A stretch of DNA of 63,843 nucleotides, filler included, from Lenisia limosa (lineage: Eukaryota > Protista > Breviatea): assembly GCA_001655205.1 (NCBI GenBank). It is 13 parts of 13 records of this genome, joined end to end, with 100 filler letters (N's around TTAATTAATTAA, not from the genome) between each part and the next. Parts side by side here need not be neighbours in the genome. Positions count along the whole stretch, not along the records: positions 44,086 to 54,985 come from LPNZ01006810.1; positions 55,086 to 56,350 come from LPNZ01003050.1; positions 56,451 to 60,508 come from LPNZ01006857.1; 10 more parts are not named here. One strand, written 5' to 3'. The translations under genes were made by a program, and so were the position numbers. The notes beneath the pieces were generated by a model. It had not been told where the DNA came from and did no database searches. It was given only the letters and a program-made list of their open reading frames with translations. Below, piece by piece: positions 46,129 through 58,131 of the stretch (positions within the stretch are counted from its first letter, which is position 1; every line of letters starts with the position of its first letter).

Positions 46129-46719
46129 TTGCTTTGGGCCCGCTTTAATGACTTAATTTAGGACTTTGAGCTTTTTTACAATATATGATATAAAAAAATA
46201 GATTAATGAAGTTAATAATTGTGGAAAAAAAACAAACAAATATAGCTGTTTTTTTGTTTTTTTAATATAAACTTGTCTTATATAAGAAAGAGATTGTCTG
46301 AGATATTAATATATCATATGAAATGTAAAATAAGAAGGGTTCTTATTCTATTTACTTATGTTTCCATAAGACTTATAGTTAGAGTGCAAGACAACATTCA
46401 AAACTCCAGACAAGCTTTTTACGTCTGAAATTAGTGATATGACACAATTTACCAAAACACCGAAAACTAGAACTAAACACTATCCGTAGAAATACTTTGG
46501 GACAAATGTCCATCTTAATGGTGAGAAGGAGATCAACATAAGCTTGTCCAGGAGTTTTGATGTGTCCAGTTCATTTTGAGTGCTGTTCTGCACTATGAAG
46601 AACCACATATACATTTTGTCTATCATTGTATATAGTATTATACATCATATTTACATATATATGATATATATATGTCTATTTCTCTCTATATATATATAAT
46701 TATATGCATATATACTGTA

Positions 46720-46860
46720 TATAGCAATGAGAAATAGAAAAAAGGATGTATCTGGCCGAATCACGATGATCAGGGATATTGGATTATAGTATACTATTAA
46801 TTCACCCAATCATTTGCCTTACAACTCTGTCTCTGCACACAGCTTTCTGCGTACCTAGCA
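46720..46860 (+). repeat. Family D repeat next to a (TA)-rich tract
   Basis: TAGCAATGAGAAATAG...GTATCTGGCCGAA...CACAGCTTTCTGCGTACCTAG. Confidence 0.82.
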
Positions 46861-47387
46861 AGAAAGTTCAAATGGCTTATGAAGTTGGTAGAAAACCACG
46901 AAAATCAATTGCTCCAAAGTCTCCTAAACATTGGTCTGAAGTTATGGCTGAAGAAAAGAAAAAAGAAATGTTTGATAAAAAAAGGTAAGTTCTCATTTTT
47001 TTACAACTTATTCAAAAATTTTGATCAAAAAAACAGCTAGGGAAGTCATGAGGACGAAGACAAAAACATTTCCTCGCTCTCGCAAACGCTAGTTTTTGTG
47101 TTTTTACCCTCTCTATGTTATGTTTTATATCTGTATGAATATATACTTCTAATTATTATTTTCCAAAAAGTTTTTTTTGATAATTTCTTTGAGATAAATC
47201 GTTGCTGCTCCCCCTTTTGGATTTTTAATCTAAAAAAATGGAAAAATGAAAAAGTGCCCACACTCATGTGCCTCCACCTACCATGTGTTGGAGAGGAGTG
47301 TGTGCCTAAATAATTATTCGGCTATGATAAATGAAGCATCACACATATCAGATAGTCCATGAGTAGAAGAATATAATAAATAACTTA

Positions 47388-47575
47388 CATGAGTTGGGTT
47401 GAATAAAAGGCATGATTGCCTGAAGGGCTGCATTCATCCAGCATGTGTCCTGAGGGGTAAAAACAACGAATTATATTGCAGCATTCCACCCTGGGGCCTG
47501 AAGGTGCGATTTTCAACCTCACTTACCAGCGTTTCTCAGACCTTTGTTGTCCCCTTTGTTGCTGACAAGAGCTGC
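47388..47575 (-). CDS. Ubiquitin-specific protease (peptidase C19), Cys-box exons only
   Basis: NKGLRNA|GPR|DTCWMNAALQAIMP resembles the USP Cys box GLxNxGNTCYMNSxLQ. The frame requires an 8-nt exon at 47490-47497. Confidence 0.55.
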
Positions 47576-47989
47576 CCATCTTCGCTCAGACAATAAGATA
47601 ATCAATACAGTATTATAAGAAGACCCGTATAGATAGAAGAGGCGTAGGTTCTGCGCAGGTTCTGCGCAGGTTGTTCGTAGGTTGGGCGTAGGAAGGAGTG
47701 AAGGAGAGGGGTTCCCACAATGAAGTAAGCAACAAGTAAGCAAAACGGGGGCCTACAAAGTCTTGCCGGGCTACCTGAAGGGTAGGTAGCCCCGGCCACG
47801 TGAACACTTACTCAAAGCTTCACTGTATAGTAATATCCGGTTTACCAGATATATATGTATCTTTTACTAACCTTTTCTAAGTTAGAGGGATTATTAGAAG
47901 GAAGGAAGCACCCGGTGTGTGCTGGAGAATTAGCATTTTTTTTTGATTTCTTGATTCTGATATTCTGATTTTGATTGAAGTGATCGATC

Positions 47990-50900
47990 ATGGCACTGCG
48001 AACGTTTTTGACTCATAGACCAGCTGCTGTTCAATTTGGGGTGTTTGATAGTGATGAGACAAAAAGAATATCTGTTAAAAAAATTGTTAAAGTTGTTTGT
48101 GGTTTTAAGCCAGCCTTCATTATTTGATGAATTACATTGTCCTGTTATTGGAGGACCTTATGATCCTGCTTTAGGTCCAATCGATAGAGAAATGTTTGAT
48201 GTTTTGTTTTACTGGATGTTTCACTTGTAAGCAGAACGGTGATAAATGTGGAGGGCATTATGGACACATTGAGCTTGTTTTACCAGTTTATAATGTCATG
48301 TTTTTTGATGAAATGTTCAAGGTTTTAAGGATGACTTGCTTGAATTGTCATCATCTAAAAGCAGGAAAATTAGCAGTACGTGACGATTTTTCTAACTGAA
48401 GGTTGCACTGTTACATCAGCAATTGAGGTTACTTGACCTTGGGTTTTTTACTGAGGCAAATTCACTCAGTGTTCCAAAATGTGACAGTCTTGAGGAAGAC
48501 GTTTTGATTTTGTTGTTATTAGGAATTGAAGCAATTTGGGGACATTGAAAAGTTCCAAATATCTCAAATGAAGCTTTATGTTGATGACTTTCTGAGGACG
48601 TCATTTACACAAGATAGCTGTCCACATGATGAGAGTGTTCAAAATTTACGACGAAGCGTTTGTTTTTAAATGAGAGTTTAATGAATTCAGTTGATCAGAG
48701 AGTTTATTCAAAATTCACCAAAATTGAAATGTCAAAACTGTAACCAGTATTTTTTTCTTTTGTTACAGCAGAAAATGTGCTTTAGTTAAAGCATATGGTA
48801 AAGAAAAGGTATTTATTCAAACTTCTAGCGAAGGTTCTTTGCAGGTTTGCAACAGTTCACATGTTTTCTGGTTTTCTTCGCCGAGCTAATGAGACCTTTT
48901 CTAAGTGGAGGCCACGAGTTTAGCGGTTTAGTTGTACGCTGTAGCAACGGAAAGGTCGAGTTAGCGGAGCAGAAGAAAAGCAGTCGAGCAAGTCCAAACA
49001 GGATTTCGGGATTTTGTGGGATAATGTCTCCAAACTGATTCCCTGTGATACAATTCCCCCCTCCCCCCTTCTTTTATTTTTTTTACCCCCTATGTCGCCG
49101 ATTGTCCATCATCCTCAGAAAAATATTAACGATGCCTCTCAGTATTATATTTGTATGTATCCCGAAGTAAGAAATCAGAAGTCGATTGGATAATTGATAT
49201 TTTCCATGGACAGATATGATGTCTGAAAGGGCACACTTGAGAAATTTTATATAGTTATGCCTAAATACGCCTCTGCAGCATTCTTAGCCATAATTTAGAG
49301 GGTAGGAGACTGAAGAAGTACGTAACACTTTAAAGCTGTCTTCCCTAAAAAGCTTCTTTGAAGCCTCGTTAACTACTGCCCCTCCTGATTCAACTAGAAA
49401 AAGCAGGTTGCGGTTGGAGAAAATTGTCACGGATATCCGAACAGAAACTTTCAGTGACGACATATTTTTACTACTTTTTACGAGAATTAACTAAAATTTT
49501 GGTCATTATGAAAATCGTAATTGTTGTTCTCTTATCTCAATATAATTACTTTTAATACACTAAATCTAAATTACGCAAGTTACGCTCGTTTACGGTTCTT
49601 TTTGTCCTTCGAGCCAGGTTCTCCAACCGCAACCTGCTTTCAGGAGAATCTGTGATGCTTGCATGGCGCACCCCTCTTTGCTCTTTCCTTCTCTTCATAC
49701 CTGATCTGACCATTTCTGTTCTCTTTTTGCTAAATTATCACAAAGAAGTGGAATCATTATCTTGTTGGACATTTTCAGGCATGCTTTGAGAATAGTTCTT
49801 GTTGAATAATGTTTTTTCGAGTACATATTGTTTTTCTTGTTTGCTTTCCCGCAGAAGTCAGCAGATCAGATGTCTGCCATGGTGCTGTTTATGTAATAGA
49901 GGTTATGCAAAAAAATAACTTTGTCCTGTAAACTTTGTCCAAGTTTTTTTGGATAGTTTTCTGGCTGGTTTTTTGAGTTTAGGTTATGCCCCAACTCTGA
50001 ACTATTTATATACAATGTTGTTTTTCTGGATACAAGATTTGATTAATTATCCGCGAAAAAAGACTTGTCAGAAGAGGAGAGTAAATATTTTGACAGAGGA
50101 AGAACAGTTGTTGAGTTGGAGACGCGGATGTCGTTGTCACTTCTCTTTTTACTGCTTCTCAATCCCCTGTAATATTCTTATGTCAATGACGATGTTTTTG
50201 CTGAAGAAAAAGACTGCTGCCTTGTAAAAAACTCAACGTAGCTCTCCCAAGGACAAATAGGCTTATTATACAACATACAACTAATATATATTTGATATCC
50301 AGTAATAAATATTGATTATTGGAAGGGAAATGGAGGAGAAGAAGCTCTAATACATCCGAGGACCATCCGAAGAGGAGAAAGTTGCCTGACAAAACTTGTT
50401 TTCAAAATCAGCTTTTCTGAGACTTTCCTTGCCGGAAGCCTTCGAAAGCGCAAAGTTTTTACTTCCGATGGTCATTCACCGGCTACAATATTCACAGAAC
50501 CAATTTTAAATTGTAAACATGAATATCAAAATGTGTGTCTTCTGCGGACTACGTCTTTAAGGTGCCAATTATTTTCTGAAACCAGCGATCAGTTTTTTTT
50601 TTTATGATTTCAAAAACGTATTAAACACAGCTGCAAAGGGGCACTGTCTTCTGAAACCAAGGAAGTGAAGCAACAATTTGAAACACTTTTGGATCATAAA
50701 TGGAAGGTTCTTCAACCCCAACTATTATTCTTTCTCTCCACTTCTCTGAGGGATACTATTCAACATTAAATAAGCTCTTGAATACTGCTTCGTATTTCTT
50801 ATAACAACTATGAGCCTCATTGAGCCGATGGGATCAAGAGCCTGGAAGAGACGTTCAGAGTTTCAACAGCGGCCTTGGACTTGGACTTGAAGAGTGTATC

Positions 50901-53900
50901 ACGGTGGAGGATGGCAAAGACAACGATTTTACACGATGGCAAAGAGGGAATCGTTTGCATTCCAATCATATCTCTGTAATTATAGTTCTAATGTTTCGAA
51001 AACAAACCTTAGACCAGCGGGAGTCTACTAACACCCAAATCTTCTCACGAAATCACCTGCTTATTCTCCCACACCTTCATATGAAAATTGTACCTTTACA
51101 ACGGGCTTGTAGCGCGGTTCATTTTGGGTGAAAGTCCTCTCAGTGGAGGCGGCAATCATGCCGAAATTGGAAAATGATAGTCCCCTTAGATTTAACTAAC
51201 CGAAAAGCATTGAAGGCAGAGCCTGAGAGGACGCAACGGAAGGTCTCCTTTATCAGAGCCTCCTTGCGGTGGTTAGGGGTCTCAACGCGATTCTTGAAGC
51301 AGGGTTTCAAATGGCAAAGTTGTCTCGGGTATCCGAAGCACGCTATTCTTTTCGCGAATGTTGTGACAATTTGGACAGCAGTGATTTCATTTTTGGTATT
51401 TGCACATGTTGTACTGGAAAATGGATAAGTTTTCCAACGTAGGAACTAACCAGCACTGCATTCAGCGCCCCTGTCTCTCTGTAAAGATTCAACGGCCTGC
51501 CGTGTATGTGTAAACTGCACTATGCAATCTTGCTTGAAGGACTGGGAGGAGTCTCGGAGGAGGAGGGGGGAGCTTCTTGGCCTCGTTTTCAGCGTCCTGG
51601 ACGCTTCCAACAGTCGTCTACAAAAGAGCAGATAATAACGAGGGGGAGAAATATTAGATTTGAGGAAACATACAGGGATTTGCTCAAAAATTGGTTGAAT
51701 TTGTGTTGAAAGCTTACAGTGGGACACTGCAAGACTTGCAAGCGTTATAGTTCTTGGCATTGGGGTGGAGGAAAGCTTCGGTGATGTTGGGAGGTTTAGC
51801 TTTCTTGAGCTTCTTGAGAAGATCAAGGAGAGCAGTTAAACTAACAATTGCGTGGGTTTTTGCAAACTTCTTTAGCTGTGGCATGTTTAATCATAAATAT
51901 TTTCTCCATAAGTTACTTGTCTTGATCAAAGAAACATTAAATTCATCAAATTAAGTTATTAAGGCCGCAAGAAGACTATTTACATATCGTTAAAGGGGTT
52001 ACTGAGGTTTGAGGGTCAAACACTGGGGGTCTTCAATTCAAAAAAATGTAAAAAATGAAACCCTTACTAATTTGTGGAAGCAGTTTATTTTCAAAAAGGT
52101 TTCCCATTTCTGGGATGACACCCTGAACGACCACTTTAAATGGCCTAGTATTTTTACTACTATATATTCTATATATCATATATATACATATTATATGATA
52201 TGATATAGTATATAGTAAACTTACATAATATATCGATATCGATATCAATTGTAGATGTACATACCGGGATTAGTCCTGACCGATTTGAAATGTGATTTCC
52301 CAAGGAAAATCGGTCAATACTTATCCTGATCACTGTATATGATATGTACTATTCATCGAGATATCATACTATCTATCTATATATGGACAGTGAAAATAAA
52401 ACTCCCTATTTTCCTAATTAGGCAAGCATCGAACTTTCTGGAACATTTGCGTCCCAAATAAAAAAAATATCGCAATGTGCAACTTTGTTTCACATCTAAT
52501 TACATCGTAGAAGCACAAACAAAAATACAAAGATTTTTGGCTGATTTTAAGAAAAGGGCGGTGTACGGAGTGCTAATTTTCTTGGAAATTGTGTATATCT
52601 TCACATTTGGTCGTAATTTTCCATAGGTTTTAAATGATGTTCATGTTTTTAGGAAATTGATTCACAAAGTCAATAGTGGATTGGGAAGTTGGGTATGTTT
52701 CCTTACACGGAATCCCAAAATACAAAGTCAAAATGTGTGACCGAAGTCCAAATCCTGCCCATATGGTCTCCATCACGCCAAAATGGAATTATAGACTCCC
52801 CAGAAAGAGAAAGAGGCGAGGAAAAAGAGAATAAATATAGAAATAGTGGATTGAGAAGTTAGCTATGTTTCCTGAAACGGAACCCCAAAAAAACACAATC
52901 CACCTTATAAATTTGGCCCTTTTTCATTTTTCATGAGTTGCAAAAAAAACAGAAAAGGTGATGGTTCCATGTTGGGTATCTTATTATATACGCCTTACTT
53001 GCAACTTTCCAAGAGTTTACCTGGTCGAGGTTGAAGAGTATCAAAATCAAGGATCGCGAAAGGCTTGGGACATGATAACGAAGATTCGCAAATGCTTGAC
53101 GGAAGACTTTAGAGTTCAATACTCTAAAATAGAACCGCTAATACACTTACGGGGGAGGAGAGAGACGTGAGATGCCGTTGGGAACACCACATGACGCTTC
53201 TGAACACCCTCAGGTTCTCTACTTTATGCTTTTACTGGCTAATCACTGGATTAAACTGGATAGGAGGCAATCTCGATTTGTTCAGAGGGGCATTGAAGGT
53301 TGGCGCCAGAGCGCCAATTTTTCTTTTTTTCCAGAAAATTCTCGATTTTGTTCCTCTTTTCTAGTTTTGCATGTCCCCCCCCCCCACCCTCGCTAATTTC
53401 CTGTAGTCCGAAGTGAGCAGTATTGAAGGTTTATCAAAAGCTATTTCGGGAGATAACTCATGCTATCTCACACCTCTCTCTGTGTATTCACATCTGAACG
53501 AATTGTGGAAAAATGAAGTTTCATTGCTTTCAAAAATGTGGGGTGACTCAAGAGGTTGTACAGACGGTAGTTTTTATTCTATATTACTTGTAGGTGTTTC
53601 AGGGTTGAAATACTCAAGGAGGGGCTATCGAGTGTTCTTCATAAGGTCTCTTCTGGTGATTCCAACGAGATTTAGACCCGCAAATGAGCAGGGAGGCAAG
53701 GTTTGATCATTTGATTTATTTAGACAATTGATCATGGTGTAACCAAGTCGTATTGCAAAATATTGGATTTAAATGGTGTTTTAACGCATTTAGTGGAAGA
53801 CAACAATTTTGTTAAGAAAGTTGAAGGTTGACAATTATTCAGAATTCTGATATGTCCATTGACACTGATAATTCTCAAGAAAGTTTGCTTTTCCGTTGGC

Positions 53901-53926
53901 AAGAACTGCAACACATTGTTAATTCT
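47990..53926 (+). CDS. RPA1: RNA polymerase I largest subunit, 5' part
   Basis: GGPYDPALGP, CFTCKQNGDKCGGHYGHIELVLPVYN, LRMTCLNCHHL, LKCQNC, YLTPLSVYSHLNELWKNE, VFFIRSLLVIPTRFRP, WQELQHIVNS. The YDPALGP and LWxNE motifs are Pol I type. Downstream exons are absent from this contig. Confidence 0.88.
49400..49640. mobile_element. 241-bp element with perfect 22-bp inverted repeats, unclassified
   Basis: AAAGCAGGTTGCGGTTGGAGAA (49400-49421) and its exact reverse complement (49619-49640). No TSD found. Confidence 0.6.
49890..50340 (+). mobile_element. Segment homologous to the interior of the Kolobok-like element at 27740-28090
   Basis: Long shared stretches such as TTTTGACAGAGGAAGAACA...GCGGATGTCGTTGTCACTTCTCTTTTTACTGCTTCT and ACGTAGCTCTCCCAAGGACAAATAGGCTT. 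Confidence 0.8.
50817..51894 (-). pseudogene. Nested spliced gene or pseudogene inside an RPA1 intron, family unknown, possibly transposon-encoded
   Basis: GT/AG-bounded coding-like segments (KLKKAKPPNITEAFLHPNAKNYNACKSC; NEITAVQIVTTFAKRIACFGYPRQLCHLKPCFKNRVE; FGMIAASTERTFTQNEPRYKPVVK). I could not join them into one uninterrupted frame. Confidence 0.4.
52260..52335. mobile_element. Family E MITE
   Basis: TA|CATACCGGGATTAGTCCTGACCGATTT...AAATCGGTCAATACTTATCCTGATCACTG|TA. Confidence 0.8.
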
Positions 53927-54263
53927 GTAATTGATAGGTGATTTTTATTTCTTTTTGAAACAATATGCATATAATCAATATACTACATGGAAATATATTA
54001 TGTATACATATCATATATACTACATGTACATAGTAATAGTAGTACGTATTGTACTATATCATATCATAGCGCGAATAATGTTTGGAATTTTCAGAAGCGT
54101 ACTATTTGAGATTATTATTATAGGATATGTCACACATTTGTCAAATATTTGAAAGGCTACACCGACATATTACATGTAGAGAGATTATTTTTGAAGATTT
54201 GGGAAGTTTGTGTTGCTGAATGTAATAGCATAAGTACAATGATTCTTACGTTAATTATTCAAG

Positions 54264-54985
54264 CCTGATGGAAACGCTCGTGTCTGAAGGCAGAAAGGAA
54301 CCGCATGGGAAGAGAAACACATTGTTCCGACTGTCAAGCATGGAGGTGGAAGGGTTCTCGTTTGGGGAGCAATCGGCAAGGGAGGTGTTCGCAAACTTTA
54401 CCAGATCAAGTCAATTATGACAAAAGGGGTGTACCTCAACCGAATCCTCTAAGTCAAGCTTTCGTTTGAGGTAGGTGGGAGTGGTTCTGTTAATTTGATA
54501 CTTTTGTTTTAAGTCTCTCTTTCACATTTCAATACAAATGTGAATCAAAAAATACTTCAATTTTTTGAATGACAATGATGCAAAAAACTAATTTCATCAG
54601 ATGTGCTGTGACCATGTGAATCTTCGAAATGCTGTTTTTCAGCAAGACAATGATCCAAAACACACTGCGAAGGTAAGATTACTTTCATCATGTCTAATGG
54701 AATAAATTTGTGGTTTGTGTTAGTCGAGTGTGAAAAGAATTGACAAAAGGTTAATTAACTAATACAGATTTGTAAACGCTACGTTGAAGCGGCCCCCTAC
54801 GAGCTACTAGATTGGCCAGCACAGAGCCCCGACCTGAACCCAATTGAGCATGCGTGGTACCTTCTGGACCGAGATCTTCGTGCGTCTGGCATCAAGCCAA
54901 CATCAGAATCAGATATGATGGAGCATTTACAAGCTGCTTGGTCCAAGGTACCCAAAACCGACATAAAACACCTAATTGAGTCCAT
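54264..54985 (+). mobile_element. Tc1-family (DD34E) transposase pseudogene with spliceosomal introns, 5'-truncated
   Basis: VPTVKHGGGRVLVWGAI, VFQQDNDPKHTAK|ICKRYVEAAPYELLDWPAQSPDLNPIEHAW. D-to-E spacing is 34 after removing the 54673-54766 intron; in-frame stops at 54285 (TGA) and 54450 (TAA). Confidence 0.92.
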
Positions 54986-55429
54986 NNNNNNNNNNNNNNN
55001 NNNNNNNNNNNNNNNNNNNNNNNNNNNNNTTAATTAATTAANNNNNNNNNNNNNNNNNNNNNNNNNNNNNNNNNNNNNNNNNNNNCCCCCCACAGACGAT
55101 CAGCAGCCTCGCAAAGAGACGCGGTGTGGAAGATCGTAGTTGAGGCTGCCTTGGATAACGGACTATCCGCCTCCACCACTACCACTGCGTCCCCCCAGGT
55201 TAGGGGTATTAAAAATTGTTTTTTTATATCATGTTTTTATTTTTTATTTTTGTTTTAATTTTATTTTTATTGTTGTTTTTATTTTTCCTTTTTATTTTTT
55301 CTTTTTATTTTTTATTTATATTTCAGGGGGAGGGGTGACAATGGGAATATTAAATTGTGGGAGTATTATTTAAACGCACATGCAAACACCACATTATTCT
55401 ACACCATAACACCCCTCTATTTACCATGC

Positions 55430-55542
55430 AGAACGCCCATATTCTTCCGCCGGCGGATCTGAAGAACTCCATTTCCGAGGCCGCACTTTGGGCATGTTCT
55501 TGGCCAGGCCTGGACCCTTCAACTACTGACTTGCCTTATCCG
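55430..55542 (+). CDS. Isolated exon of an unidentified gene
   Basis: CAG|AACGCCCAT...TTATCCG|GTAGGGGG reads NAHILPPADLKNSISEAALWACSWPGLDPSTTDLPYP. Confidence 0.4.
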
Positions 55543-56726
55543 GTAGGGGGAACTTGCCTTATCCGGTAATTGGAAACATTAAAGTCAAACAAGTTCTTAA
55601 TTGAGTGGTTGCTGTTGTTTTCTGTTGTATTGGTTGTAGGGCTAGCTAGCTACACTTTGGTCTGAACAAGTCCGATAAAATATCGGTAGTTTTCGAGGAT
55701 TTATCGAGCATTTTGGCCCTTACATTGTAGGACCCCATTCTTCGGTCACTGCTGCACTGTACCGCAATTTTAGCCGCTATCAGCCCTGTAAAGGTAAGAC
55801 TCAGGTCACGTTTATCACTGTGTATGTTTAATTCTCTGAGTGTATCATACCAAGATTTTATTGCATAGACAGTAAATGGGATAAATCTTGACCAATTTGC
55901 TATGTGTTCTTCCATAAGCGTTTTTGTTGCCTTACTTCTCCAAACATGCATATCACACCACACACACAATCATACTATCATAACAACCTTCCTTGGCTTA
56001 CCCTCTAGGCTCCAAGCCAACTTCCGTCAAACAAAAGCGTCCCGAGTCTCATAATCACTTTGGAGGTAGGGGAAACATTTGATGATGTTTGTGTTGGAGA
56101 TTTCAGTAGAGTGCTATCATTATTCCCTTCCCCAAAACGGCTGGTCAGTGCTTTGCTTGTTATTATTCAACCTTCGTGTCTTCAATTTAGCTCACTTTGA
56201 TTTTGGGCATACCCTAACTTTGCCTTTTCACAAATTTTCCTCATATTGCAGCCTTCCTCCCACAATAAATTGACGTTCTTTCCCCTTTCCCCAACCCCTG
56301 TTAAAATATGTCCCCCTCCCCCCAGGCTTTTTTGTTCAAAAATTTTCCAANNNNNNNNNNNNNNNNNNNNNNNNNNNNNNNNNNNNNNNNNNNNTTAATT
56401 AATTAANNNNNNNNNNNNNNNNNNNNNNNNNNNNNNNNNNNNNNNNNNNNTGGAAAAATAAAATTCGGAGTTATATTATAAAATTCGGAGTTTTGGCGCT
56501 CCAGCATATGAACTTACAATTATGGAGGTTTATTAGGCAATTCAATCCTTTTTGGGATCGTAGGGAGGCATAAAATTTGGTAATAAAATAATTCAATGAA
56601 AACTGCTTTTAGGTCCAACTTCAAATTTCAAAATAAATTTCTGAACGCATTGCATGAGTCTTATCACACCCCACCCCTACGTCAACTGTTGAAAAGCTTT
56701 CGAGGGCGACAGCCAATTGAACCAAG

Positions 56727-56790
56727 CTGGGTGAGTAAAATTGGAAAATCTATGAAGCAAAAAAAGCAGCCCAAAATAAACTCTTTTGGT
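56727..56790 (-). repeat. Family B 3' fragment
   Basis: Plus strand CTGGGTGAGTAAAATTGGAAAATCTATGAAGCAAAAAAAGCAGCCCAAAATAAACTCT. Confidence 0.7.
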
Positions 56791-57694
56791 AAGGAACACA
56801 CAAGGGGGGCAAGGTGGGGGGTGGAGAGTGGAGGTGGTAGCACATTTGTCAACAAGCTTCTTTAATATGGTAAAAAGAGTTAAGTGGTGAAGGGGTAAGG
56901 CAATTAGGAAACATGGGCGCGGCGGAGGCATGGTAATTTGTTTATTGTATCCCAATGCATTTATTCGTTTCTCTAGATTTTTAATGTATATATTTCTCTT
57001 GTTTTTAAAAAATAAATAAGCAACCATGAAACAAACAAAAGTATTAAAAATCACCAATACCTAACAGGAACAAAGTTGTCTTAGGTATAATCTACAAAAT
57101 CTGTTCTTGGTAACTGTTCAGACTTCCGATTATCCTTATCTTCAGTAGTTGATGCCAATCCAGTTGTTAAAAGGCACTTTTCCGTACCAAGTAATACCAG
57201 AGATAGAACCAAGTATAATCTTTCGGGCATAGTCCCCTTCCACCAAAAACTTCCCCTCAAGCAGCAACCGCATCAAGAGCAAGCATTATCAAACTTTTCA
57301 CAAAAGGGTAATCTCCAAAGATGAACTACTTTAAGCAATCCGAGACAAGCAACCAACGAGGGTAAACTCCCGACTTGTTAAGGATTGCATCCAGTTAGAA
57401 CTATCTAGCTACGAAGAGAAACGTCTTGGAAATAGTATATGCGCTAGTAGACCAAAGAACCGGATTTTTATATGACGTCTTATTGATGTCTTTTTTTTTG
57501 GGTTTCACAATGCTTTTTCGTGGATACACTATATCATATATCAAATATCAAGATATAGGTAATATATATATACTATATCACAGCTCCGGACATCATTCCA
57601 AATTCGGAAAGTCACAGATTTTCCAAAATTAGCTATCCCAACCCAACCATACAGGTGGTGGTGATGGAATCTAAAATCAGAGTAAACTGCATTC

Positions 57695-57786
57695 GGTAAT
57701 ACGCTTTTTTCGTTAACGAATTTCTCGATAAATCCTCGACAACTATCGATATTTTACCGGTTTTATCGGACCGAAGTGAAGCCCTA
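57695..57786. mobile_element. Family A MITE, left end degenerate
   Basis: GAATTTCTCGATAAATCCTCG...CGGACCGAAGTGAAGCCCTA. Confidence 0.78.
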
Positions 57787-58131
57787 ACGCCAATACTACT
57801 GCTGCTTTTTATTGAGATACAAGAACAGCTCTGCCGAATATGAGAGCATTCTATTCAATCTTATGTAAACCTTGCAAAATGAACAAGATCGTAAACACAA
57901 TACTCCAAGGTTAAGAGAAACAGGAACAAAAAAAATATCAGGTTATAATAGAGGAAATCTGTCCCTGCTGAATAGATAGGAAAATAGGCAAGTGGTCAAG
58001 ATAAAAATTACTACTGAATTGTGCAACTACAAAATAATTACTCAGTGCCCCCACAACAAAAATGAAATCAAAATAATAAAAAAAAGTAAAAAAACAAAGT
58101 CAAAAAAAAAGCAAAAATAAAAGCCAACCTT

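Noticed and set aside
52680-52915. Two ~50-bp direct repeats with faint similarity to the mariner DFFLWG motif on the minus strand
   Set aside because: Too degenerate; no WPPxSPDL or other supporting motif.
54285-54287. TGA at a conserved Trp position (RVWR) suggesting UGA=Trp recoding
   Set aside because: Trp is TGG in the helicase and NOM1, PHB2 and the cyclase end at TGA, and this transposase has a second stop. It is a pseudogene mutation.
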